Below, piece by piece: positions 8,350-17,893 of a stretch of DNA of 52,666 nt. A program made the translations under genes and the position numbers. How positions within the stretch are numbered: position 1 is the stretch's first letter; every line of letters begins with the position of its first letter. The stretch is from a virus. Taxonomy: Duplodnaviria > Caudoviricetes. The stretch spans positions 1 to 52,666 of the IMG/VR virus record IMGVR_UViG_3300007276_000066; one strand, written 5' to 3'. The notes below the pieces were generated by a model. The model saw only the letters and a list, made by a program, of their open reading frames with translations, did not search any database and was not told where the DNA came from.

Positions 8350-8585
8350 CGCTTTATCGCTCCCTTTGAGTCTCTGTTCTGGTGAGCCATGTCACCTTTC
8401 TCGTATGCCTTAGCTAAAGCCATGTAGACCATAGTTATTACGGTTGTTCTGAATTGCTTAGGAACTTTTAATATCATTGACGCGACAACATCGATGATCG
8501 CCTTGGCTAAGAATCTTGGGCGGATCGTGTGATCCTCTTGGGGCTTATCTTCGCAGCCCAAGTCCATTGCAGTTTGACCACTCAT
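8346..8585 (-). CDS. hypothetical protein
   Basis: 79-aa ORF with ATGA overlaps at both ends. Confidence 0.7.
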   Translation of the reverse strand: MSGQTAMDLGCEDKPQEDHTIRPRFLAKAIIDVVASMILKVPKQFRTTVITMVYMALAKAYEKGDMAHQNRDSKGAIKR

Positions 8586-8935
8586 AATCCACCAGCCTCA
8601 TAAAACAATTTCCCACGCGCTAAGGCGTTTCTGACTGTGCTATCACAAACGCATTCATCTTCAACTACGGCAGCAACAGTTTCCGAAACGCTTGTTAGTA
8701 GAGACTGCTCGTATATTTCCAAGCATTCAGAGTCCTCGAAAATACAGTCAGGCCCCATTTGTTTATTCTCAACCCAAGTATTGTTTGGGTTTTTCCTTCC
8801 GGACATTTGGAATGCGACTGATTGAAAGTCGTCTCCAGAAGCCGTTTCACCGTTGGCTTTGTTCATTTGATTTTCTCTTGATGCTGATTTAGTTGATGGG
8901 TTAATAATGAAGTTTGGATCTTTTAATTTATGCAC
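8582..8935 (-). CDS. hypothetical protein
   Basis: 117-aa ORF coupled to the primase gene. Confidence 0.65.
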   Translation of the reverse strand: MHKLKDPNFIINPSTKSASRENQMNKANGETASGDDFQSVAFQMSGRKNPNNTWVENKQMGPDCIFEDSECLEIYEQSLLTSVSETVAAVVEDECVCDSTVRNALARGKLFYEAGGL

Positions 8936-9894
8936 TAAATTAAGCGGCTTTCACGCAAAACATCGTTCCAGTCTGTGCTCTTTCTGCCCTTAACGAAGTC
9001 TGGGATGTGGACTGTTACCTCAAGTTTTCTTCTGGCTCGTCTGGCAGCTTCTACCGTTTTCTTAGCCAATGAAAAGGCTGATGCCTGCCCAGTAAAGCCA
9101 GCGTCTGAATCGCCAAATATGTGAAATTTGGTAACACCCTCGGGAACCTTAAAGCCTTCCATATTCCCTGAGTTGATGCAGGCCCATGTCGGCACATTGA
9201 ACAGCTCAAATGCGGATAAGGCCGTCTCTACCCCTTCAGCAACACCAAGCTCATCACTAAATTCAAAAAGCTCACAGGCAGCACCTGACAGCTTCTCAAG
9301 CGTAGGCAATATCTTCCTCGATGACTCAATGTTGGCCTTGTCACCCTCATCTAAATATGTAACATGCAAAGTAACCGCCTTGCCGTTCTGAGTGACTAAG
9401 GAAACCATAGAGTCAAACGTGCCGGCCACCTGCCCGTCTTCGTAATAATCAAGCGACTCAACCACCCTTAATCTTGGGCTTATCTGAGCCAGAGTTTTGA
9501 CGGTTAGGCCTCTATGCTTCAAATAGCTCAGGACATGATCGGATGTTTCTGCGGGAGTGGATCTCTTGTACATTTTGTTCAATCGATTCTTGCGCTTTTG
9601 GGTATCATCGACTTTGACTATCTCAACCGATTTAGCATTTCCGATAACCTTGTCAACCTCTCTGGCAGCAGTCCGAAAATCCCAGCCTTTCAGTTCGTTT
9701 AGAAGTGACCACCCATTACCGCCGCCGCACACACATATCCAAGTTCCAGCGCCCTCGTTATCATCAAACCTAAAATCTTTCTTTCTATCGCATAGAGGGC
9801 AATCAACATGCTTTCCTGACAGAAGCTCCTGATCAACGCCCAACATGGGAAGAATGCTGGGCCACTTACCTACCACCGCCATTGCTGTTTTCAT
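8935..9894 (-). CDS. DNA primase (Zn ribbon + Toprim)
   Basis: HVDCPLC...FRFDD...WICVCG zinc ribbon; VAEGVETALS and GDSD Toprim motifs. Confidence 0.9.
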   Translation of the reverse strand: MKTAMAVVGKWPSILPMLGVDQELLSGKHVDCPLCDRKKDFRFDDNEGAGTWICVCGGGNGWSLLNELKGWDFRTAAREVDKVIGNAKSVEIVKVDDTQKRKNRLNKMYKRSTPAETSDHVLSYLKHRGLTVKTLAQISPRLRVVESLDYYEDGQVAGTFDSMVSLVTQNGKAVTLHVTYLDEGDKANIESSRKILPTLEKLSGAACELFEFSDELGVAEGVETALSAFELFNVPTWACINSGNMEGFKVPEGVTKFHIFGDSDAGFTGQASAFSLAKKTVEAARRARRKLEVTVHIPDFVKGRKSTDWNDVLRESRLI

Positions 9895-11435
9895 GATCTA
9901 GCTCCTGAATAATTTGATTTCGCTTTTCTAATATTCAAATGTTGAATGTACTTTTTGAAATTCGCGTCTGGAGCAATCTCTGGATGGTTCTTAATTTCTG
10001 GGAGGTTCGGCCATACTCCAGTTCGCTCTCTGTATTTGTGAGCTGCGGCTCCTGACTTCATTCCTTTTGACTCACACCAAGCCTTCATCATTCCATAAAA
10101 GGCTGCTTTCTCATCCACCGGTGTTTTCTTGTTCCAAGCCTTTGAGTCAGCATCCTCGGTTCTCACTATCTCAACCAAGTTAGCTTCCTTGACCGGTATA
10201 TCTGCGCCCCTCGGCACTGATTCGTGATCACACATAGGGCATTTGCGCTGAGCCTTAAATACATGACCGCAATCACCGCACTTAATCTCAGCAGGCTCCT
10301 TGTTTTCACCGTCTTTTTTCTTCTTAAGGTCAGTAATACTTACCTCTGCGTCCAGCGTCCAAGGCATTTCGTCATCAACGAAGCCGTGCTCCATGACGAC
10401 TCCGGCATGATCAATAACATAGGCTAGATCCTTGCTGTCATGAGGCCGTAGAACCCTTCCTACGGTCTGCATGTATCGAACCAAACTCTTTGTTGGCTGA
10501 GCAACAACAGCGACCTGTAGTGATGGAATGTCTAATCCGTAGCTGGCAATATAAACATTGCACAACACCATTGTTTCTCCGCTCGAAACTCGACCAAGAA
10601 TGTCTTTCCTGTCATCGGTCTCGGTATCGCTGTCCATGTGCTCTGCAGGTATTCCGGCGGCAAGAAACTCCTCGCAGACATGACGGCTATGAGCCTTATT
10701 CACGCAAAACACAACAGTCTGCATTCCATCAGCAAGCCTCTTCCAGTTGTGGACAATCCCACCAATCAATTTAGGATCGTCCATAACTTTCGCTAACTGC
10801 TTCTCGTTATAATCTCCGCTAGTCTTACCGATGCTAACACCAGACAGGTCAGGCTCATCTGCGGCATAGTATTTAACAGGACAGAGATAACCCTGCTCGG
10901 TCATTTCCTTCACGGATAGCGGAGAAAGGCAAAGGTCATCGTAGAATATACCTAGTCCCAACCCGCCAGCCCTAGCCGGAGTTGCCGTAAGCCCCAGAAT
11001 GATTGCGCCGCCCTTGTGGTAGCTCTCTAGGATGGCAATTCTTGACTCTGATGTTGACAGATGAGCCTCATCAACAATCACCAGATCCGCCTCAGGCAGG
11101 TCTATGCCTTTTTTCATACATCGGTGATGAAGCGTATCGAAGCTGCAAACTTGGCATCGTGACGGCCAGATTCGCTCTCCCGCCATTATCATGCCTGCAG
11201 CGATACCGTTGGCAGAGAATACCTTGTGGGCTTGATAGATAAGCTCTCGTCTAGGGGCCAAGAAAACAACCCTTTTGTTTTTTGCTAGAGACCCAAATAT
11301 CATCATCATTGCTATCACGGTCTTACCGCCACCGGTTGCAAGCTGAACAATAATCTTCCTAAAGCCCTTACCAATGGATTCTCTTGCGTTGGTAACGGTC
11401 TGTGTTTGATATCCCCTTGGAGTAATGTTTTTCAT
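9891..11435 (-). CDS. superfamily II (DEAH) helicase with C-terminal Zn finger
   Basis: ATGGGKT, DEAH, TAT and QTVGRVLR motifs; CxxC...CxxC. Confidence 0.92.
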   Translation of the reverse strand: MKNITPRGYQTQTVTNARESIGKGFRKIIVQLATGGGKTVIAMMMIFGSLAKNKRVVFLAPRRELIYQAHKVFSANGIAAGMIMAGERIWPSRCQVCSFDTLHHRCMKKGIDLPEADLVIVDEAHLSTSESRIAILESYHKGGAIILGLTATPARAGGLGLGIFYDDLCLSPLSVKEMTEQGYLCPVKYYAADEPDLSGVSIGKTSGDYNEKQLAKVMDDPKLIGGIVHNWKRLADGMQTVVFCVNKAHSRHVCEEFLAAGIPAEHMDSDTETDDRKDILGRVSSGETMVLCNVYIASYGLDIPSLQVAVVAQPTKSLVRYMQTVGRVLRPHDSKDLAYVIDHAGVVMEHGFVDDEMPWTLDAEVSITDLKKKKDGENKEPAEIKCGDCGHVFKAQRKCPMCDHESVPRGADIPVKEANLVEIVRTEDADSKAWNKKTPVDEKAAFYGMMKAWCESKGMKSGAAAHKYRERTGVWPNLPEIKNHPEIAPDANFKKYIQHLNIRKAKSNYSGARS

Positions 11436-12109
11436 TGGAATGGTTCTCCTTGGGGTAAGGAGTTCTGTTTAGTTATTATGGCATCCATTGGAGAGGGAAG
11501 GTTTTGAGCTGTAGCTGTAGCTGTAGCTGTAGCTGTAGCTGTAGCTGTATTACTTCCGAGGGTCTTCGGAGGTTGTTCGGAGGGGGTTGTAAGCCCCTCG
11601 CAAGCCCCTTGCAAGCCCTTTATTTCCTCCATTACCTTCTGTCGCTTATCAGAGTCCATGCCTTCTTTATTCAAGAGCGACACCTCGTAATCAAGTATGA
11701 TTGAAATCATTCTATCTGCCAGTCTTGCGGTGAATCTGCACACCCTCGGCATTTCCACCATAATGTTCACTGAACCCTTAATCCGATTAATGTCGTAGAC
11801 TGGGAATTTATCTAAATGTTTGTTTAGGTAGACGTATTGGGTGTCCTGACAGAACAGACAGAAACTTTTATCGGGATCATCAGGACGGCTTAGTTCTGCC
11901 TTTGCCTTCTTAAGTCTGGCAAAATCATCCCAGCCTAGATCGCTGACAATATATGCGTCAGGGCAATGGAAAGATCCGATCATGTTCTGGTGCTTGCATG
12001 TCTTAAGATAGACAAACACTAACTTTGCATCATCACTAAGATTTCTAAACGCCGGATGCGTCCAAATTGCACAATCTATGGTCCCGTAACTGACTACTTT
12101 TGATTTCAT
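11432..12109 (-). CDS. replication initiation protein
   Basis: IW-x3-F-x2-LSDDAKLVFVYLKTCKHQNMIG N-terminus typical of phage Rep proteins; dipeptide repeat; first gene of the helicase-primase operon. Confidence 0.75.
   Translation of the reverse strand: MKSKVVSYGTIDCAIWTHPAFRNLSDDAKLVFVYLKTCKHQNMIGSFHCPDAYIVSDLGWDDFARLKKAKAELSRPDDPDKSFCLFCQDTQYVYLNKHLDKFPVYDINRIKGSVNIMVEMPRVCRFTARLADRMISIILDYEVSLLNKEGMDSDKRQKVMEEIKGLQGACEGLTTPSEQPPKTLGSNTATATATATATATAQNLPSPMDAIITKQNSLPQGEPFQ
11508..11620. repeat. (GCTGTA)7 tract plus iteron-like AAGCCC(C)T repeats; candidate origin
   Basis: Seven hexamers at 11508-11549 and three AAGCCC(C)T units at about 11591-11620, inside rep. Confidence 0.65.
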
Positions 12110-12163
12110 GAAGCTTCCTTCTAGAGTTGTTTCGCCCTGTTAAGGCTTGCAAAAATTGCCTTA

Positions 12164-12290
12164 GTATGCAACTCTTACCTTAGCAATCAAATTTATACAT
12201 TGATTCAAATAGGTCAAAGAACCCAAATGAATCACGTTTTATATATCAAATTAAAACGCTATTTGCGTCAACGAAGTAATAATAACTTAC
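12164..12290. promoter_or_regulatory. divergent rep/repressor control region
   Basis: Operator-like GTATG-N5-CTTAC (12164-12178) and GTAAT-N5-CTTAC (12276-12290); TTGACC and TTGACG on the minus strand. Confidence 0.7.
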
Positions 12291-12335
12291 ATTCGCGATG
12301 ACAGCAAGACTTACTTTTAAAAAAGGAGCATAGCC

Positions 12336-12734
12336 ATGTCTAAGTTACATCAAAAGATTAAAGAGGCACGAGCAAGGTCCGGTCTAACACAGGGAGATAT
12401 AGCCAAGGCTTGCGGCCTAACTAGGAACGCTGTGACTTTATGGGAGTCGAGCAATCCAACTCGAAGAACCGCTCCCCAAATCCGCGAGATTAACATTCTG
12501 TGCAAAATGACAGGAGCCCCGAGGGACTGGCTTTTGTCAGATGAGAGCGGACTTAACGATGCTTGGGCTGTAGGCAGCAACTCTAAACTAAGCCCTGCCG
12601 AGGAAGCGTTGATTGTCACTTTCCGGCTATGCAGTCCGACCAAACAGGCCGCGATAATTGCGTTTCTTGAGTTCACCGCCAGCACTAAAGCGCCTGCATC
12701 GCAAGGATCAACCACTGAGTCCCGATTGGGTTAA
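12336..12734 (+). CDS. XRE-family helix-turn-helix repressor without S24 peptidase domain
   Basis: IKEARARSGLTQGDIAKACGLTRNAVTLWE; AGGAG ribosome-binding site; C-terminal LSPAEEALIVTFR helix. Confidence 0.85.
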   Translation: MSKLHQKIKEARARSGLTQGDIAKACGLTRNAVTLWESSNPTRRTAPQIREINILCKMTGAPRDWLLSDESGLNDAWAVGSNSKLSPAEEALIVTFRLCSPTKQAAIIAFLEFTASTKAPASQGSTTESRLG

Positions 12735-12900
12735 GTGATTCCTCCAAGCTAGCCCTAAGACTGGCATCGGCAATACCAGCGACAGCCATCTTTATTTTCA
12801 ACAGCGCGTCTATATCGCCCTGAGTTCTGCTCTTGGGCTTTACGGCTCCAGAGACTATTCTTAGGTCTGCTTTTGAGACAGCGTTTCGAACTACCTTCAT
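12685..12900 (-). CDS. hypothetical protein convergent with the repressor
   Basis: 71-aa ORF overlapping the repressor 3' end by 50 bp; upstream TTGACG-N17-TACGGT. Confidence 0.5.
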   Translation of the reverse strand: MKVVRNAVSKADLRIVSGAVKPKSRTQGDIDALLKIKMAVAGIADASLRASLEESLNPIGTQWLILAMQAL

Positions 12901-12967
12901 ATTTTACCACTTTAAGTTTTACTGAAAGTCAGCACCGTACTCGCATCAATCGGTATCGTCAACCCCC

Positions 12968-13037
12968 CGTAAGTAATTATTAATTACTTACGTAAGATAG
13001 TTATACTTTCTCATATTCTTGTGATAGTATTACTTAC
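12968..13037. promoter_or_regulatory. operator cluster with 25-bp palindrome
   Basis: CGTAAGTAATTA-T-TAATTACTTACG at 12968-12992, with further GTAAG/CTTAC half-sites to 13037. Confidence 0.75.
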
Positions 13038-13076
13038 CTATTGGGAATCAACCCAAACTAACAACGGTATTTAATT

Positions 13077-13313
13077 ATGCAAGTAAGAATTACAAGTCCG
13101 GACTGCCTAGCTGGTCGATTCAAGACTGGGGACATCGCAGAAGTGATTAAACACCACCCGAGATTAACAGAGTTGCGTAAGTGGAACTATCTTGTTGAGT
13201 TCCCAAATCCGCGTTTTTGCGGTACTCAGCCATTAGGTCGTCGCCACCTATTTACATCAAGCCAAGTCGAGAAGATTGGTAGTGCAGTTTCAATACAGGG
13301 GCAGACACTATGA
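13077..13313 (+). CDS. hypothetical protein
   Basis: 78-aa first ORF of the plus-strand early operon. Confidence 0.65.
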   Translation: MQVRITSPDCLAGRFKTGDIAEVIKHHPRLTELRKWNYLVEFPNPRFCGTQPLGRRHLFTSSQVEKIGSAVSIQGQTL

Positions 13314-13441
13314 TTAGAGGAGCAGTTTACTCACCGCCACATAAAGTAAGGCGGCATCAACCAAGAAGGTCTACAACCGTTTTTGACGTAGTTGTTCTAG
13401 CTATTGCTGTACTGGTAATCATGGCCTTGTCATCAATCTAA
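13310..13441 (+). CDS. small membrane peptide (43 aa)
   Basis: ATGA overlap with the previous ORF; ends in VVVLAIAVLVIMALSSI. Confidence 0.5.
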   Translation: MIRGAVYSPPHKVRRHQPRRSTTVFDVVVLAIAVLVIMALSSI

Positions 13442-13467
13442 ACAAAGTATTAATTAGAGGATTTAAA

Positions 13468-14004
13468 ATGCAACAACCAAGCGAAAGTGGCAAGACTCAC
13501 TACCGAAAAGCGTTCAACTCACCCTACCTGTCCAGTGCCGATATTGTCGGGCCGACAGTCTTAACGGTGTCAAAGGCTGAACTTCTGATAGACCAGAGTA
13601 AGCAGTCAAAAGAGTCATTCAACACGATCCACTTCAAAGAAAAAGAGATTCGCTCTGGAGAGCCGTTAAAGCCAATGATCCTGAACGCTGGCAACTCTCA
13701 GATAATGCGAAACCTTTCAGACTCTCATTTCCTTGAGGATTGGGCTGGGCTAAAGATCGCTATTTACGTTGAGAAAAATGTCAAGTTCGGTCGTGATGTG
13801 CGTGATGGTCTGCGTATCAGTCCAGAGGCTCCAGTTGTTGAGTTGCCAGAGCTACTGCCAAGCAACACAGCTAAGTGGAATCAAGCGATCACGGCTTATA
13901 AGCGTGACAAGAACCTGAAAAAAGTATTAATTCATGTCCGCATTTCCTCTGCTAACCAGAAGTTGATTATCGATCAGGCCAAAAAAGAGGAGACGAAAAA
14001 ATGA
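13468..14004 (+). CDS. conserved phage protein, candidate single-strand annealing protein
   Basis: KTHYRKAFNSPYL...PMILN motifs; directly upstream of the exonuclease and ssb. Confidence 0.6.
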   Translation: MQQPSESGKTHYRKAFNSPYLSSADIVGPTVLTVSKAELLIDQSKQSKESFNTIHFKEKEIRSGEPLKPMILNAGNSQIMRNLSDSHFLEDWAGLKIAIYVEKNVKFGRDVRDGLRISPEAPVVELPELLPSNTAKWNQAITAYKRDKNLKKVLIHVRISSANQKLIIDQAKKEETKK

Positions 14005-14837
14005 ACCATACCAACAGCCAAGTTGATGGCGGAGTCGTGCTTAAAAACGGCTTCATGTTCCACGACATAATTCAAAACGAAGAGCTTTGGTACGCAATGC
14101 GCGGATCAAGGTACACAAGCTCAAACGGCAACAAGATCATGGCGAGTAGCCGAGATTACTCAGTGGTGGCTTTAGGCAAGACTGAGTTTGCTGTAACAAA
14201 CAATAAAACCAAGTCCGCGCTGAAAGCCCGTTTTGAATTCAAGGTCGATGCAGAGGCTCACATCCAAGAGCTTATGGCTAAAACGGTGAAAGGATCTTTT
14301 GCAGACAGCGCAATGAAATATGCCGGTGATATTGCTTTGGAGCAGATTACAGGTACCGCGATTGCCAGCAACTACAGTAGTGGCGACATGGAGCGGGGAC
14401 ACGCTGAAGAGCCATACGCTAGAGCTCTGTACGAGAAAGACACCTTCTGTAGCGTTGATAACGGTGGGTTCTTCTGCAACGAGTTTGTTGGGTGTAGTCC
14501 AGACGGCCTTGTTGGTGATGACGGCGTGATTGAAATCAAGTCAGCAATCCCTTCGGTTCATCGTGAGCGAGTCCGAAAGCAGTCTTACGATTCAGCATAC
14601 AAATGGCAGTTGATCGGGAACCTACATTTTACTGGACGGGAGTGGATTGATTTCATTAGTTACTGCTCTTCATACCCAGAAGGCAAAAGATTATTTGTCG
14701 TGAGGTTGTGGGCAAAAGATTTACAGGAAGAGTTCACTCTTCTCGATGATCGCTTGGAAGACTTTAAGGATCTGGTCTTGTCTGCCAAGGACGAGATAAA
14801 CAACGGTGTTTACATAAATATTGGGGAGTCGTTATGA
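14001..14837 (+). CDS. YqaJ/lambda-exonuclease family nuclease
   Basis: MERGHAEEP, GCSPDGLV, IEIKS and YKWQL motifs. Confidence 0.9.
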   Translation: MNHTNSQVDGGVVLKNGFMFHDIIQNEELWYAMRGSRYTSSNGNKIMASSRDYSVVALGKTEFAVTNNKTKSALKARFEFKVDAEAHIQELMAKTVKGSFADSAMKYAGDIALEQITGTAIASNYSSGDMERGHAEEPYARALYEKDTFCSVDNGGFFCNEFVGCSPDGLVGDDGVIEIKSAIPSVHRERVRKQSYDSAYKWQLIGNLHFTGREWIDFISYCSSYPEGKRLFVVRLWAKDLQEEFTLLDDRLEDFKDLVLSAKDEINNGVYINIGESL

Positions 14838-15129
14838 GCAATCAAGAATTAGCAATAATCGAAATACCTGATGATCAGGCGATGTACGCCTACCCCCGCA
14901 CACTTAACGCTAAACGTATCGCTTAATTGATACATAACTCTAGCGTAAAGCAATGAAACACGAACATAAGACATTTGCATGAATTTTGAACGGAGTGAGC
15001 ATGAGTAACGAAGACATAGAGAACTGGCTATACGTGGAGCAGATGAGCGAGGTTTAGTGCAGTCCGGAAACACCAAAAACGTATTATTGAATTTAACGAA
15101 ACAGCAACACAAGAAAAGGAATACAAGTA

Positions 15130-15570
15130 ATGGCTAGAGGCATAAATAAAGTAATTTTGGTGGGAAATCTTGGGAATGATCCAGAGATCAAACATTCAGC
15201 TAACGGGTCCGCTATAGCAAATATAAGCATAGCAACAACTGAAAGCTGGAAGGATAAGAATACCGGCGAACAGCAGGAGAGAGTTGAGTGGCACAGGGTT
15301 GTAATGTTCAACCGGCTTGGAGAGATTGCAGGGGAGTACCTGAAAAAAGGATCTCAGGTTTACATCGAAGGCAAGCTGCAAACGCGCAAATGGCAAGACC
15401 AGAGCGGTAATGACCGTTATTCGACAGAGGTTGTGGCTAACGAAATGCAAATGTTGGGTGGTCGCGGTGATGGATCTTCTAATGGAGCACCACAGCGTTC
15501 ACAGGGAGCCACAAAGCCAGCCCAAGCAGCCCCGCCAACGAATGACTTTGATGACGATATCCCGTTCTGA
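15130..15570 (+). CDS. ssb: single-stranded DNA-binding protein
   Basis: [15 protein letters not shown]...DFDDDIPF. Confidence 0.97.
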   Translation: MARGINKVILVGNLGNDPEIKHSANGSAIANISIATTESWKDKNTGEQQERVEWHRVVMFNRLGEIAGEYLKKGSQVYIEGKLQTRKWQDQSGNDRYSTEVVANEMQMLGGRGDGSSNGAPQRSQGATKPAQAAPPTNDFDDDIPF

Positions 15571-15637
15571 GAAAACAACTCCTCAAGGCCGGTCAGTGGA
15601 TAACCTGACCGGATCAAACAAGATAACGAGAATTAAA

Positions 15638-15829
15638 ATGGAATTTTTTTACAAGATAGTGGACGGAATCGCTCTCGATAAAATTGAGGCTGACGATATT
15701 CAGGAAGCCGCTGAGATATCAGGGTACTGGGATTATCACGTTGAGTCAGACTGTCTGCTGGAAGTTACTGGCGGCGAAGAGTTTGATGAAGGTATCGATA
15801 TTGTTTTTTCGACAAGCATTGATTACTAG
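15638..15829 (+). CDS. small acidic hypothetical protein
   Basis: Start refined to ATG 15638 (MEFFYKIV...); very D/E-rich. Confidence 0.55.
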   Translation: MEFFYKIVDGIALDKIEADDIQEAAEISGYWDYHVESDCLLEVTGGEEFDEGIDIVFSTSIDY

Positions 15830-15863
15830 AGCACAAGGCTCAGGAACTCATAAAGGTGATGGA

Positions 15864-16217
15864 ATGAGCGAAACAAAACTAAAGCCGTGTCCTTTTTGTG
15901 GTGATACTGAATCCCTTGAGGTATGGCACGACTCTAGGACAATCATTCACCCAGCGTACAGAGTTGGTTGTGATAATTGTGGCGCGCATTCTGGATACAG
16001 CGACAGAGGTGACCATGTGGAAGCATGGAACACTCGCACCGACGTAGCAGATGAAATCATTGCGATGATTGAGGAATCAATGAACGAGCTTCACCGAACC
16101 TACATAAACGCGCAAGGAACGTCTTTATTTACTGCGGCAGAGATAAGGCTAGATTTATCCGAGGACTTATTGGAACAAGCAAAAGCAATCAAGGCTAAGG
16201 GTGAGGTGAGCGAGTGA
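15864..16217 (+). CDS. Lar-like restriction-alleviation protein
   Basis: LKPCPFCG...CDNCGA...WNTR; start refined to ATG 15864. Confidence 0.75.
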   Translation: MSETKLKPCPFCGDTESLEVWHDSRTIIHPAYRVGCDNCGAHSGYSDRGDHVEAWNTRTDVADEIIAMIEESMNELHRTYINAQGTSLFTAAEIRLDLSEDLLEQAKAIKAKGEVSE

Positions 16218-16402
16218 GTATAATTAAAATCTGGCTAAAAGACTTTTGTTGCCGATGGCACATTAAACATGATTTAGAGAATATTTACACAACAAATATA
16301 CATGGTGGTTCAAGAATACCTACGTGTAAACGCTGTGGATATGAAAACATATCAAATGGTTATTGGTGGGTAGATAAAAAGAGGTATGGGGTTATCCCGT
16401 GA
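16214..16402 (+). CDS. small Zn-binding hypothetical protein
   Basis: C-x5-H...CKRCG; 4-bp overlaps with both neighbours. Confidence 0.6.
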   Translation: MSIIKIWLKDFCCRWHIKHDLENIYTTNIHGGSRIPTCKRCGYENISNGYWWVDKKRYGVIP

Positions 16403-16698
16403 CATCACCTTACCTGACACAAACTGACGCTATGACCTATGCCTGTAAGAAGGATCGCGGGTCATTTATTGCATGGGCCAATGAGAATCGATTGACTGGA
16501 AGAAAAGTGGGCGGTAACATGTTGTACGTTAAAGCTGAACTGATAAATGCAATCGAGGCCGGATGTCAACCATTACCAAAAGAGGTGAATCGTGGGTTCT
16601 CAACTGGTCGGAAGGTGGCAAGCAATATCGTAGATCCCTTGGCAGGGTGGCGAAAGCAGAAGCCGAGAAAGCCCGTTACTCAAAGGAGCTTGAACTAA
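16399..16698 (+). CDS. excisionase-like winged-HTH protein
   Basis: YLTQTDAMTY...RKVGG..LY pattern; overlaps the integrase start by 136 bp. Confidence 0.55.
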   Translation: MTSPYLTQTDAMTYACKKDRGSFIAWANENRLTGRKVGGNMLYVKAELINAIEAGCQPLPKEVNRGFSTGRKVASNIVDPLAGWRKQKPRKPVTQRSLN

Positions 16699-17522
16699 GT
16701 GAACCTAACATTAATAGCGCACCATATTTCGACTATTACGCAGCCGAATATCTGGACTGGTATTCAGAGCAATACCCCGCAAGTCTTGAGCGATGCAGAC
16801 AGATTATCATTAGCCACCTTGCGCCATTCTTTGGAGACAGAGTTCTCTCGGATATCGGAGGAAGGCTGGTCAAAGATTATCAACTTACACGAAGGCAAGC
16901 TGCCACCGGAACGTACCTTAAAGAGTTCCGAACTCTTAAAGCCATGCTTAATCGTGCAGTCGAATGGGAGGTTATTGCAGAGAACCCCATATCACACATT
17001 AAGCCTCCAAAAGACAGCAACAGCAAGCCCCCACATTTCTACAGTGTGGAGGAGCTGGTCAAGATTTACGATGCGGCCTACCAGTTCCCTTGCCAATGGA
17101 AGTTCATGGCTAACACCGGAATTCGTTTAGGCGAAGCAATCAATTTCAGGAAGAGCAGAGATGTCAAAGAAAACTCCATACACATTATCAGCACCGAAGG
17201 TGCGCGTACCAAGTCTGGACTTTGGCGAGAAATCCCTTTGTTTGACGGTGCCAGAGTGGCCCTTGATGGAGTTGAGGAAAGATTGTTCAGCTCACACCCC
17301 AAGTCCGTCAGTCGTGCTTTCAGGAACGATCTTCTTCGGTCAGAAGTCGGTGGAGGCTCTCTTCACAGCCTTAGACACACTTTTATCAGCCACCTCTTCA
17401 TGTCCGGAAAGTTCTCAGCAGTAGAAATTCAGCATTGGGCTGGGCATTCCAGCCTAACAACAACCCAACGATACGCACATCACATGCCGCGCAAAGTTGA
17501 CACAGGAGCATTATCATTATGA
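16563..17522 (+). CDS. int: tyrosine integrase
   Basis: TGIRLGE (R), RTKSG (K), HSLRH, WAGH and TQRYAH (Y). Confidence 0.95.
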   Translation: MSTITKRGESWVLNWSEGGKQYRRSLGRVAKAEAEKARYSKELELSEPNINSAPYFDYYAAEYLDWYSEQYPASLERCRQIIISHLAPFFGDRVLSDIGGRLVKDYQLTRRQAATGTYLKEFRTLKAMLNRAVEWEVIAENPISHIKPPKDSNSKPPHFYSVEELVKIYDAAYQFPCQWKFMANTGIRLGEAINFRKSRDVKENSIHIISTEGARTKSGLWREIPLFDGARVALDGVEERLFSSHPKSVSRAFRNDLLRSEVGGGSLHSLRHTFISHLFMSGKFSAVEIQHWAGHSSLTTTQRYAHHMPRKVDTGALSL

Positions 17523-17776
17523 ATAAAACTATCCTCGATAGGATTGCGGAGGAAGTGCATGCGCGAAAAAGAAAAAACGAACCGTCAGCAACCATCGTAT
17601 ACATTGGGCAGCAGGAATCGTCAGAGTTAATGGGCGCAATGTCGGCTGACATAATGGAATTATTCGAAGTAGCAACGAAAGCAGATCCACCAAGAGTTTA
17701 CGGCATGTCTATTTGTGAGATTGACTCCCGTTCCCACCTATCTCTGTCAGATCATGCGTGTGCTAACATGTGCTAA
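17519..17776 (+). CDS. hypothetical protein
   Basis: 85-aa ORF with ATGA overlap with int. Confidence 0.6.
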   Translation: MNKTILDRIAEEVHARKRKNEPSATIVYIGQQESSELMGAMSADIMELFEVATKADPPRVYGMSICEIDSRSHLSLSDHACANMC

Positions 17777-17844
17777 ACATACCCCTAAATACCCCTAAAT
17801 AGGCACATTTAACCCAACAGAAGATCGGCCAAGTGATCGGCCAA
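17759..17844. repeat. paired direct repeats, candidate Int arm/Xis sites
   Basis: TGTGCTAA x2 (17759, 17769), ATACCCCTAA x2 (17779, 17789), GATCGGCCAA x2 (17823, 17835). Confidence 0.7.
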
Positions 17845-17853
17845 ACACCCATT

Positions 17854-17890
17854 AAAAAAGCCCTAACTCGTTGAAAGTTAAGGCTTTTTT
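17854..17890. terminator. bidirectional terminator next to the attP core
   Basis: AAAAAAGCCCTAAC...GTTAAGGCTTTTTT inverted repeat; would lie 3' of the restored tRNA. Confidence 0.75.
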
Positions 17891-17893
17891 AGT

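Noticed and set aside
11504-11704. Ser-Cys repeat ORFs on the plus strand (also 49782-50000)
   Set aside because: They are antisense shadows of the hexamer tract, with no ribosome-binding site or operon context.
15588-15613. Hairpin after ssb as a terminator
   Set aside because: A good stem is present but there is no T-tract on the plus strand; it may be a processing or stability element and is left uncalled.
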